38,572 nucleotides of DNA from a virus. Its lineage: Duplodnaviria > Caudoviricetes. Position 1 is the stretch's first letter; each line of letters opens with the position of its first letter. Shown here in pieces: positions 18,500 through 27,133 of the stretch. The stretch is taken from positions 1 to 38,572 of the IMG/VR virus record IMGVR_UViG_3300048861_000259; one strand, written 5' to 3'. Below the pieces are notes generated by a model. It searched no databases, was not told the origin of the DNA, and saw only the letters and a program-made list of their open reading frames with translations. The position numbers and the translations under genes are program-made.

Positions 18500-20167
18500 T
18501 TAGTCGAGGAAGAACAATTGCAGCGGCGCTGGCGGCGCTGGCGGCGTGATGCAAGACACTGCATAGGCCATAAGAGCCGCAACCATGCCGTCGATCTTGT
18601 TGTTTTTGTCGTCTTTGACAGGCACGCGCGTCACTCCGCGCTGATTTGCGCATGTATTAGCCGCGCACCAGTCCATCGCCGGGTTCGCCGGGTGGACGAT
18701 CAGCCCGTTTTTGAGGTCGGCTTCGAAGTTATCCATGGCGATCGTCCATTCGCCGCGACCATTTGCCGCCCAAACGGTGGTGGTGAGGCCCTTCGCTTCG
18801 AGCTTTTGGCGCGAATTTTCGCCCTGCCACTGGTCGAAGACCGCATTGGTGATCGTGAAATGGTTCATGAGGGCCTCGATCTGCGCCTCACCTTCCGCGA
18901 AGCTCGATGCGGTGCCTTCGGTGCGTGCCAACGCCCCGGTCTCGATCCATCCGGCATATGCAGGGGCATTCGGTGATGTCTCAACCGCACCATCGGGCAC
19001 GAACAGGAACGGGAAGATTGCCTTCCGGCCGTCATCGAGCGGGACGATCGCCACAATGGCGGTCAAATCCTGCTTTGTGGAGAAATCGACGCCGAGATAG
19101 GCGGGACGGCCCTTCAACGCCTCGAAATCGAGCGTCGGATCGCCCGCCTTCGCCCAATCGGCCATATTGAGCCATCCATCGGCGCTGGCGCACCACTGGT
19201 TGAGATACTTGGTGCGAGCAAACGCCTGATTTGCGGGCGTCTGGAGGGCTTTCTCGTGCTGCGCCTTGAGGTAGTCTTCGCTGATCGTGACGGCGAGGTT
19301 CGGGTTGGCCTTCCGCCAGCATGAGAAATCGCGCCAGTCGTCGTCTTGGTCGATGGTGTAGATCGCCGAGAATAGCTGATCGTCCGTTGCAGCGCCCTTG
19401 AGCACGGCTTCCGCGTCAAGCTGCTCGGTGCGGCAGATGCCAGACAGGTGGAAGCCCGCCGTCGAGATCACCAAGAGCAGCGGTTGGCGTCGCGCGCCCA
19501 TGCCGGTGCGGAACGCCTGAATCTGCGTCGCATCCTTGGCTTGGTGAAGCTCGTCGCAGATGGCGATATGCGGTGACGAGCCGTCTTTCGTTTTTGCGAT
19601 TACGGGAACGAAGCTCTGCCCGGTGCCAGCGGCGAAGATCGACTTCGCCATGACGCTCACGCCGAAGGCGTCGGCGAAACCCGGTGATAGCTCTGCCATG
19701 CGACGGGCTGGTGTGAACACCTCGTTGGCCTGCGCGAGATTGGCTGCACCGCAGTAGCCTTCCGCACCGGCCTCGCCGTCTGCGAATGTCATGTAGAGGG
19801 CGATGCCCGCCGCGATCAGCGACTTGCCGTTTTTGCGGGGTAGCAGGATGAACGCCGAGCGATGCTTCCGCAGCCCGTCCGCCTTGCGGATGAAGCCGAA
19901 GATCGACGCGATGATCCATACTTGGAACGGTTGAAGCTCGATCGGCTTCCCCGCCCACTCGCCCTTGATATGCACCAGCGCTTCGAGGAATTCGCAAACG
20001 TGGTCGATATGGCTGGCGGAGAAGATGAGATCGGGACGCTTGGCGTCGTCGAGCGTGCGTTGGCACGCGGCGCGGATATGCCACGACGCGGCGATCTTCC
20101 CGCTCACCACGCTCTTCGCGTAGTCGAGCGCGATCCACCCAAAGCTCCCCTTGGCAAACTTCGCCAC
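18500..20167 (-). CDS. terL: terminase large subunit
   Basis: PRKNGKS Walker A, DELH Walker B, ISTAG, GVD.S...D and KIDG motifs. Confidence 0.95.
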   Translation of the reverse strand: MAKFAKGSFGWIALDYAKSVVSGKIAASWHIRAACQRTLDDAKRPDLIFSASHIDHVCEFLEALVHIKGEWAGKPIELQPFQVWIIASIFGFIRKADGLRKHRSAFILLPRKNGKSLIAAGIALYMTFADGEAGAEGYCGAANLAQANEVFTPARRMAELSPGFADAFGVSVMAKSIFAAGTGQSFVPVIAKTKDGSSPHIAICDELHQAKDATQIQAFRTGMGARRQPLLLVISTAGFHLSGICRTEQLDAEAVLKGAATDDQLFSAIYTIDQDDDWRDFSCWRKANPNLAVTISEDYLKAQHEKALQTPANQAFARTKYLNQWCASADGWLNMADWAKAGDPTLDFEALKGRPAYLGVDFSTKQDLTAIVAIVPLDDGRKAIFPFLFVPDGAVETSPNAPAYAGWIETGALARTEGTASSFAEGEAQIEALMNHFTITNAVFDQWQGENSRQKLEAKGLTTTVWAANGRGEWTIAMDNFEADLKNGLIVHPANPAMDWCAANTCANQRGVTRVPVKDDKNNKIDGMVAALMAYAVSCITPPAPPAPLQLFFLD

Positions 20168-20169
20168 GG

Positions 20170-20574
20170 TTACTTTCGGACGGTGAACGGCGATGCTTTG
20201 GGTGCGTCGGGGGTGCCGATCTTCGCGAGACGCGACTTCGCGCCCGCAATGCCGAGAAGCTCCATTTGCTTGCGTAGCTCGCTGCGATAGGCGGCGTTGG
20301 TGGTCTGCCCCGACTGCACTTCGGCGACGAACACCGCCATGGTTTCGCAGTAGAGGGCGAACATCGAGCTATCGATCGCGGTAGCGCCGCAGGCGACGGC
20401 ATGGGCAAGCGTGCTCGCCCACTCCGTCTTGGCACCTTCGCTCAACCATTCCGGTGCTTCTGGCACCTTCGAGGTGTCAACGATGGTGATCGGCTCGATC
20501 TCGCCGTGACGATCCTTGCGGTAGGTGCCAGCCATCTTTTTGGTGGCGGGGTTTGCTGGTCTTCGAGCTTGCAT
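20170..20574 (-). CDS. terS: terminase small subunit (P27-like)
   Basis: K..GT.R.DR, P.WLS..A..EW and LG....SR motifs; start MQARR at 20574. Confidence 0.8.
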   Translation of the reverse strand: MQARRPANPATKKMAGTYRKDRHGEIEPITIVDTSKVPEAPEWLSEGAKTEWASTLAHAVACGATAIDSSMFALYCETMAVFVAEVQSGQTTNAAYRSELRKQMELLGIAGAKSRLAKIGTPDAPKASPFTVRK

Positions 20575-20628
20575 GTAGTTATTTAGCTGCAAAGTTTGAT
20601 GTGACTGTTCTGCGAAGGTGATTGAAAC

Positions 20629-21202
20629 GTGTCTGACGAAATCGAGGACCGGACGACAGCGGCCTATCAAAACCATCTTGCTGCGGCAGTCGGGCATTGC
20701 CTGCATGCTTGGAGTTTAGTCGAGGTAGAGGTGTCTCACCTATTCATGATCATGCACGAGCGGGGATGGAAAGAGTTCAATCATCCACTTCGATCGGCCT
20801 TTGAAGCGGTAGTTTCGTTTGAGGCACGCTTGAGCATGATCAAGGCAACCGCCTTCAGCGATCCCGTGTTGGAAAACTATGCACCACACTTTCCCCCGCT
20901 ATCAACGAAGCTGACGAAAGAATATCAGAAGCGCCCATCAGGTCGCACACTTCATGTTCGTTGGGCGAGAAAGCTCCAATAAGCGCGAGATCAAGGTGAG
21001 GCCGTTCTTCCGGTGGGATGCCTTCATGAATAACTCCGGAACAGAATTGCGGTTAGAGCAAATACAGGAACGTCAAATGAGCTTCCTTAAACTGATCGAA
21101 CGGCTTAAACACCACCAACAAGACGTTGGACGCACAAAAGGTCTTTCTCTGGAGTATTTCGCTCAAGAGGGAGACGCCATCTATCCCCCGTTGAACCCCT
21201 GA
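20629..21202 (+). pseudogene. HEPN-like protein split by a +1 frameshift
   Basis: Removing one C at 20934-20936 joins the two ORFs as ...YQKRHQVAHFMFV... (RxxxxH). Confidence 0.55.
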
Positions 21203-21224
21203 TAGGCCCGGATTTTCATCTGAC

Positions 21225-21295
21225 AGCGTTAAAAAAAAGTGGAGCGGCGGTGTCCGCCATTGCGCGATCCATATGATTTGACCCCGCCCCGGTCG
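21225..21295 (-). other. probable cos/packaging initiation region
   Basis: GGGGCGGGGTCAAATC...ACACCGCCGC...TTTTTTTT between HNH and terS, the arrangement typical of HK97-like cos phages. Confidence 0.55.
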
Positions 21296-21483
21296 GATCG
21301 TTCGCGCTGGAGCAACATCGTTGCTCGGTTCCGCGCGCTTCACTGGCTCGATCCGCGCGGACGACTTCGAGCAGTCGGCATCGAGCCTGCGGCATCGACG
21401 ACTTGTTGGATGACGCGCTACCTACGAACGCCACCACGAGCACGAGCCACCCTCAACCAAAGGTGGCTCATATCTATTTAGCT

Positions 21484-24360
21484 TCAGGGCTTGGCACTTC
21501 CCGCGTTCACTCGGCGCGCGACGCGCGTGTTGATCTTCGCGGCTGTGGAGCCCATCGGGTCCACCATCTTCTCGTACCGACCAAACAGATGCTCGACGCG
21601 ATCACGATCGCTCGCGAATGGCTCGGCGCGATACAGGCGGTCTACCGCAAGATCGAGTTTAGTGTGTGCGTTCCGTAGCTCGATGGGCATCAGATTGGGA
21701 TCGTAAAGCTCCGCAAGACTCGCAGCAGGAAATTTCTTTCGCGCTTCCAGAACCGCTTCCGATAGCCTTACGAGCTTATCCATTTGAGGTGTGGTAATAT
21801 CGGGAACCGGAAACGTGTTGTAGACGACGCCAATACCATATTGATAATCGCTCTTCAGCTTCCCGCCAATGTGCGATAGCCAAGCCATATGCATCTTCGA
21901 GGCAAGGAGGGCGAACTCCGACACCGTTGCATTGGGCAGAATCCGCAGTTTATTGCTCGGTATAGACGGCGGATTTAGCCAGCCAATTGGAACATATTCG
22001 CGCGTCTCGGAGCTTACTTCGGGAACCACAAGAAACGGATCGGTTGGGATTACGGTGACGTGAAATTGAGCCGGGGTGTCGGCAAGTCGCCTTGACGAGA
22101 TACCGGGAGCCTTGATCGGCTTGTCTGGATCGCCGTCTTTAGGCCGTACTTCTCCGTTGCGGTAGCGACGAACCAGCGCAAGCCGATTGCGAAGGATGCT
22201 TGAGGCAGCGAGATCATGAGGATCGGCACTTTGCAGCCCAGCGATCCAACGCTTCTTGTCGTTGATGAACTCTTTTGAACCGACGAACGGCCGGAGATAT
22301 TTGTCGGCCGCAGGTTCAGACGCCAAAAGCTCCGATCGTTCATCAGGTGAAAATATGAGGTAGCCGCCGTCGATTGGCTTCGATCCAATAATTAGCTTTC
22401 TTGCGCCGTTTAGTGGCCTCGGCGTCTCGCTCACCACAAGGTGCCTGTTCGCGACCGTGCGAGCATCAAAGAGATATGCTGTCAGCGCGGCGTGCGAAGT
22501 CTCAACCGGATCACCCTTCATGTTCGGATAACTAAAAAGCAGTTTCTCCTCGGGCTCGTGATCTCGGTGATTCAGACCGACAATAACGACATGAACCTGC
22601 GCTTTGCCACGAGCTTCCGACGCCCACACGAAAGGGCGATGCGCAAAAGAAATCTCAAGCCCCGACTTCGCAAAAAGGATCGGCCATAGCTGGGCCACCT
22701 GTTCGCCCTGCGTGATTGAGTTGGTCGAAACGAAGGCGATCCCGGTAGGGCCTTTCGCCACGTACTCGCCCGCCTTGATGAACCATGCCGCGACGTAATC
22801 AAGCGTGCCACCCGACCCACCAAGGCCCGCTATGCGTCGGACTTGGCTCCGCTGGAAGTCTGTCTGGTTCTTCGAGCCAAGGAACGGCGGGTTGCCCATG
22901 ACGTAGCTGCACTGCGCTCCGGGCAGCAGATCGTTCCAATCGATCTCCAACGCGTCGGCGTGCCGGATATGCGGGCTCTCGGTGAGCGGAATGCGAGCAT
23001 ATGATTGGCCGAAGGCCAGCGATAGCTCGTTGTTGGCGAGGTGGTCGGTCATCCACATTGCGACCTCGGCGATCCGCGACGGAAACTCCTCGAACTCGAT
23101 CCCGTAGAATTGCTCGACCGTGACCACGCTTAACGCGGCGGTATCCAATTCAGTCTGCTGAACGGCGTGGCCGTCAATGACGCCGCTGCGATCCCGCAGG
23201 GTCTGGATCACCTCCAACTCAAGGCGGCGAAGCTCGCGATACGCGATGATCAGAAAGTTGCCGCAGCCGCACGCCGGGTCAAGAAACCGGAGCGATCCAA
23301 GTTTCGCTTGGAACGCTGTAAGAAGCACACTCCGGTTGGTTCTCCGGGCCTTGATCCGGCCAAACTCCTCCCATAGCTTGTTCAGAAACAACGGGCGGAT
23401 CACCTTCAAGATGTTCGTCTCGGTGGTGTAGTGCGCGCCCTTGGCCCTGCGTTCTTCCTTGTTCATCACTGACTGAAACAACGAGCCGAAGATGGCCGGA
23501 GACACCTTCGTCCAGTTGAAGCGCGCGGCCTTGAGAAGCGTTTCCCGCATCAAGCGATCGAACACGGGGGTTCGAACGTGACCCGCGAAAAGACCGCCGT
23601 TGATGTAAGGAAACTGCGTCAATTCGGCGCGGGCGTTGCTCTGCCGCTGATCGTCTGGCGTATCGAGCATATCGAATAGCTCGATGAGCATGCGGCCCAC
23701 GTCCGTACCGTCTTCCTTGGTGTCGATCTCAATGAGATTGAGAAAAATATCCTTGGGTTCGAAGATGCCGGTGTCATCGCCAAACAGGCAAAACAGCAAG
23801 CGGACGAGCAGCCGTTCGAGATCGTGGCCTATGTAGCCGCTGGCCTCCAGCGCGTCGTGCAGCCCGCCCATTAGCTCGGCAGCTTTGACACTCACATCTT
23901 CCTGCGCGGTGCTGAACGCCGTCTGGCGACCGAGCACGAATGCGAATACCTCGATGTTCTTGTGAAGCTCGGCGAGCGTGAAATCGGAGTTTTCGCCGGT
24001 ATCGAGATCGAGCAGCTTGAAATTCTGGAAATCGCATGTGAGGATAAAACGCGGCTGCTGATCTTCGCGGAGGGCGTCGAAATAATCAAATGCTTGCGAT
24101 TGCGCCTTTTTGAGATCGCGACCGGCGCTCTTGTGCTCGATCAACAGCGTTCCGGGCCAAAAGAGATCGATAAAGCCATGGCGATCGTTGAGCAGCTTCA
24201 CCCGCTGCTCATAGACCGCCACTTGCCGACGTTTGATGCCAAAGATGGCGAAAAAGTCGTTGTAGAAGCTCTGGGTTTCGCCCTTCTCGAAGTGGGCATC
24301 TTTCCACTCTTTCGCGAATGCGCGAGCGCGCGCTTTGATCTCGCCCCAACTTAAACGCAT
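21484..24360 (-). CDS. MmeI-like single-chain type IIL/IIG restriction-modification enzyme
   Basis: N-terminal IDLFWPG.LLIEHKS nuclease motif; GAHYT, DPACGCGNF and GNPPF methyltransferase motifs; 958 aa. Confidence 0.9.
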   Translation of the reverse strand: MRLSWGEIKARARAFAKEWKDAHFEKGETQSFYNDFFAIFGIKRRQVAVYEQRVKLLNDRHGFIDLFWPGTLLIEHKSAGRDLKKAQSQAFDYFDALREDQQPRFILTCDFQNFKLLDLDTGENSDFTLAELHKNIEVFAFVLGRQTAFSTAQEDVSVKAAELMGGLHDALEASGYIGHDLERLLVRLLFCLFGDDTGIFEPKDIFLNLIEIDTKEDGTDVGRMLIELFDMLDTPDDQRQSNARAELTQFPYINGGLFAGHVRTPVFDRLMRETLLKAARFNWTKVSPAIFGSLFQSVMNKEERRAKGAHYTTETNILKVIRPLFLNKLWEEFGRIKARRTNRSVLLTAFQAKLGSLRFLDPACGCGNFLIIAYRELRRLELEVIQTLRDRSGVIDGHAVQQTELDTAALSVVTVEQFYGIEFEEFPSRIAEVAMWMTDHLANNELSLAFGQSYARIPLTESPHIRHADALEIDWNDLLPGAQCSYVMGNPPFLGSKNQTDFQRSQVRRIAGLGGSGGTLDYVAAWFIKAGEYVAKGPTGIAFVSTNSITQGEQVAQLWPILFAKSGLEISFAHRPFVWASEARGKAQVHVVIVGLNHRDHEPEEKLLFSYPNMKGDPVETSHAALTAYLFDARTVANRHLVVSETPRPLNGARKLIIGSKPIDGGYLIFSPDERSELLASEPAADKYLRPFVGSKEFINDKKRWIAGLQSADPHDLAASSILRNRLALVRRYRNGEVRPKDGDPDKPIKAPGISSRRLADTPAQFHVTVIPTDPFLVVPEVSSETREYVPIGWLNPPSIPSNKLRILPNATVSEFALLASKMHMAWLSHIGGKLKSDYQYGIGVVYNTFPVPDITTPQMDKLVRLSEAVLEARKKFPAASLAELYDPNLMPIELRNAHTKLDLAVDRLYRAEPFASDRDRVEHLFGRYEKMVDPMGSTAAKINTRVARRVNAGSAKP

Positions 24361-24423
24361 AGACCCACCGCTCTCCCGCTGCGGGGATGCTGGCTTGCAA
24401 CCGCTCGAAGCGCAAGTGCGCGT

Positions 24424-24804
24424 TCAGGGGGCGACCGGTTTTTTCCGCGCTAACTCGATCCACCCGGCGAGATCGGGATCGAGCATGATGTCGCGGTGGT
24501 CGTAGCCCTTGGCTGCGAACCGCCGCTCGACGATCCCCTTGGCGGAATTGCACGGTAAGCAGGACGGGCAGAGATTGCTCACGTCGTCGGTGCCGCCGAG
24601 CGACAGGGCGACGATGTGATCCGTCACCGTGGCGGCAGCGATACGACCTTGATTGCGACAATAGCGACAGAGCGGCTCCAGAGCCCGTAGACGCGCGCAG
24701 AGCGCGCGGAAGGCGCGTGAGGTGTCACGCACTACCGCAGAGCCGCCACGGCGCTGGACGGACCTCCTACGGGCGCTGGTGAAGGTGGCAGGCTTATCCG
24801 GCAT
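24424..24804 (-). CDS. packaging-associated HNH endonuclease
   Basis: PLC..C....A.VTDHI.....GG.D...NL...C..CN. Confidence 0.88.
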   Translation of the reverse strand: MPDKPATFTSARRRSVQRRGGSAVVRDTSRAFRALCARLRALEPLCRYCRNQGRIAAATVTDHIVALSLGGTDDVSNLCPSCLPCNSAKGIVERRFAAKGYDHRDIMLDPDLAGWIELARKKPVAP

Positions 24805-24899
24805 CTGGCGCAGGATTCACCGGGCAATGCTATCGTTGGTGACAGAACGTTCGGGCATCGCTACCTATTTATAAGGGGCATAGCGAGAGGGGCCGCAGC

Positions 24900-25844
24900 G
24901 TGTTTTTGGAGAAGTTTTCGAGGTTCTACCGCCGATACGACCTGCACCTCTCGCCTCGACACAAGGCCGCAGAGCGCCTCCCGATGATCGCCCCGGTCGG
25001 GCAATACAGCGTCCTCGATGCCATCCGCGTCGCCCAAAAGGCGGGCAAGGCGTCATCGGTGCAGCCGAACGGCGACACGGTTGAATTGATCATGGCCGAA
25101 GTCCGGGAGCCGCAGAAGGTTGCCATCCTTCTGTTTCACCGTTCGAGCCCCGACGCTGCCGACCCGATGTATCGCAAGAAGGTCAAGGACAAGCTGTCGG
25201 TTAGGCAGGCCGAGAAGGCGAACGGCGAAGAGCAAACTGTTTCGGCACACCTCGTAATTGAGTTGGAGCCGAAAAAACCCGGAGCCTTCCGAGCGGCGCT
25301 GGAGGAAATTCCGGGTATCAGCCTCGCGGTGATTCAGGCGATCCTTTCACCGATTCTGCGCGATTACAGCTACGGGTTTCAGGACAAAAAGGGCGACGAC
25401 CACGAGACTTATTCGACGCTGAAAGTCGAAGGAATCAAATCCGAAGCCCTCTCCGACGCCTTGAAGACGCAGACACTCAACTATTTGACGCTCACTCGCA
25501 CCACGGTTCCGAACGCCCCGGACGGCGACGGCATCGTCGAGCCGATGAACGACCGGATGCGGTATAAGATCGTCGGCAACCCTTCCGATCCAGCATGGAC
25601 TACCAAACTCGATAAGTGGGTCAAGAAGGTACGCGGAGAAGGCTGGGAAGACATTAGTCTGGACATCAGCCTCGACGATGAGCGGCACCGTACAGTGAAG
25701 CTCGACCGTGATCAGGAAGCGAAGGAGATGCTGTTTGTCCGTTCCGAACAAGTTAGCGTAAAGACCGAGTTGAAACCGTGTACCACTGCGGTACTCGACG
25801 AAATGGTGGAACAAGCCATCGCCATTATCAAAAAGATTCCGTGA
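24900..25844 (+). CDS. hypothetical soluble protein, first gene of an accessory pair
   Basis: 314 aa ORF opposite to the phage core genes, 3 nt from the membrane partner. Confidence 0.7.
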   Translation: MFLEKFSRFYRRYDLHLSPRHKAAERLPMIAPVGQYSVLDAIRVAQKAGKASSVQPNGDTVELIMAEVREPQKVAILLFHRSSPDAADPMYRKKVKDKLSVRQAEKANGEEQTVSAHLVIELEPKKPGAFRAALEEIPGISLAVIQAILSPILRDYSYGFQDKKGDDHETYSTLKVEGIKSEALSDALKTQTLNYLTLTRTTVPNAPDGDGIVEPMNDRMRYKIVGNPSDPAWTTKLDKWVKKVRGEGWEDISLDISLDDERHRTVKLDRDQEAKEMLFVRSEQVSVKTELKPCTTAVLDEMVEQAIAIIKKIP

Positions 25845-25847
25845 CGA

Positions 25848-26498
25848 GTGGCGAGCCGCCCCGCCTTTCCAATGAAGTATCTCGCACTTCGCGGCGCGAA
25901 CGGCTGGCCGTTGCTCATACATGACATTATCCCGACCGGTATCGCGACAGCGTTAATCTCCGCTCCGTTTCTGATCGTCCGAACTACCGACTATTTTCAC
26001 AAGGACGGCTTCCTCGACAAGTTCGGAACGTTCTCGTCCGTTCTCACGGGATTCTACGTCGCAGGTCTGGTAGCGGTTGCTACGTTCTCTATGCAGTCCA
26101 GCGCGCTCGACGAGAAGATAGACAACGGGCCGGTTTTTTTGTGGGATAAGGTCGAAGACGAGACTGTTTCGACATCTGCGAAAAAACAATATAAGATCGA
26201 CAAGCGGAAGCTCACCCGGCGTGAGTATCTCTGCCAGATGTTTGGCTATCTTGCGACGCTATCTATGTTGCTCACGCTTCTGACAATCATTGCGGTCATA
26301 GTGTCGCAAGGTACGGTCCTTCCGCAAATAATCGACATATCGAAGACGCGCTACATCCCGCTCGATCTTCCGCGCGGGATCATGATAGTCGGATTTAGCT
26401 TGCCGATCGCGCATCTTGTGGCGACCACAGCGCGCGGACTATTTTATTTGGTCGATCGCCTCTACGACAAAAAACCGAAAATATTACCGAAACCATAG
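25848..26498 (+). CDS. hypothetical membrane protein, about 4 TM helices
   Basis: Hydrophobic segments; GFYVAGLVAVATF and LTRR..L..MFGYL. Confidence 0.7.
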   Translation: MASRPAFPMKYLALRGANGWPLLIHDIIPTGIATALISAPFLIVRTTDYFHKDGFLDKFGTFSSVLTGFYVAGLVAVATFSMQSSALDEKIDNGPVFLWDKVEDETVSTSAKKQYKIDKRKLTRREYLCQMFGYLATLSMLLTLLTIIAVIVSQGTVLPQIIDISKTRYIPLDLPRGIMIVGFSLPIAHLVATTARGLFYLVDRLYDKKPKILPKP

Positions 26499-26520
26499 AG
26501 GGATGGAGCCGAACGGCAAT

Positions 26521-26877
26521 TCACCCTTCATACCCGCTCACCAACGCCATGAAATCCTCGAAGTCGATGACCACGAGCGGACGCTTGCGATCCTGCTTGA
26601 CCACCGCGATGGCGGTACGGATGTCGCCACGGTCGGCTTGATCGAGGTAGGCGTAGAGCGGCGTGAAGCCATTCGCGCGGCTCTTGCACTCGATCGCGAA
26701 CGGGAACGCCGTGCGAGCGGCTGCTGACATGATCACGTCTTCACCCGCGCTACCCATCGGGCAGGACTTGATATCGCCACGATCGAGTTGCGGGCACGCC
26801 GCGTAGATGGCTTCGCAGACGAATTGCTGTAGTTTGCGGCCCTTGGCCTTGGCGGCTTGGATGGAGATGCGTGGCAT
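26521..26877 (-). CDS. Holliday junction resolvase-like PD-(D/E)xK nuclease
   Basis: KAKGR.LQ, MG..GED and FP.AIECK motifs. Confidence 0.75.
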   Translation of the reverse strand: MPRISIQAAKAKGRKLQQFVCEAIYAACPQLDRGDIKSCPMGSAGEDVIMSAAARTAFPFAIECKSRANGFTPLYAYLDQADRGDIRTAIAVVKQDRKRPLVVIDFEDFMALVSGYEG

Positions 26878-26887
26878 CACCTATTTA

Positions 26888-27100
26888 ACTCGACGAGAAA
26901 AGTGTAGGGAGTGACTGGAGTGTATAGCAATCGAGGCTATTTCATTTAGCAGACTGATTTTGTTTTATTTTATATCTGGGAAATAAAACTACTATACACA
27001 CCCTACACTCTATACACTTTTCTATATACATCACTGTTTTTGTTGAAGAAAAAGGGTGTAGGGCTGCCTCTCGAAGAGTGTAGGGCGTGTAGGGTACGAG
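26888..27100. repeat. putative replication origin: AT-rich core with GTGTA(G/T)(G/A)G repeats in both orientations
   Basis: GTGTAGGG/GTGTATAG near 26902, 26920, 27056, 27078 and 27087; inverse CTATACAC/CCCTACAC near 26992-27017; directly downstream of the ATPase. Confidence 0.6.
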
Positions 27101-27133
27101 GGGCACTCCAGCCTGAAACGCCCCTCACCCGGC

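Noticed and set aside
3440-20435. Many long alternative-frame and antisense ORFs (e.g. 4767-5822, 4972-6183, 11446-12294, 19416-20435)
   Set aside because: Arg/Pro-rich shadow ORFs typical of GC-rich coding DNA, overlapping well-supported phage genes
13096-20574. Gene transfer agent cluster
   Set aside because: HNH/cos packaging, replication genes, a longer tape measure and insertion into comM indicate a true prophage
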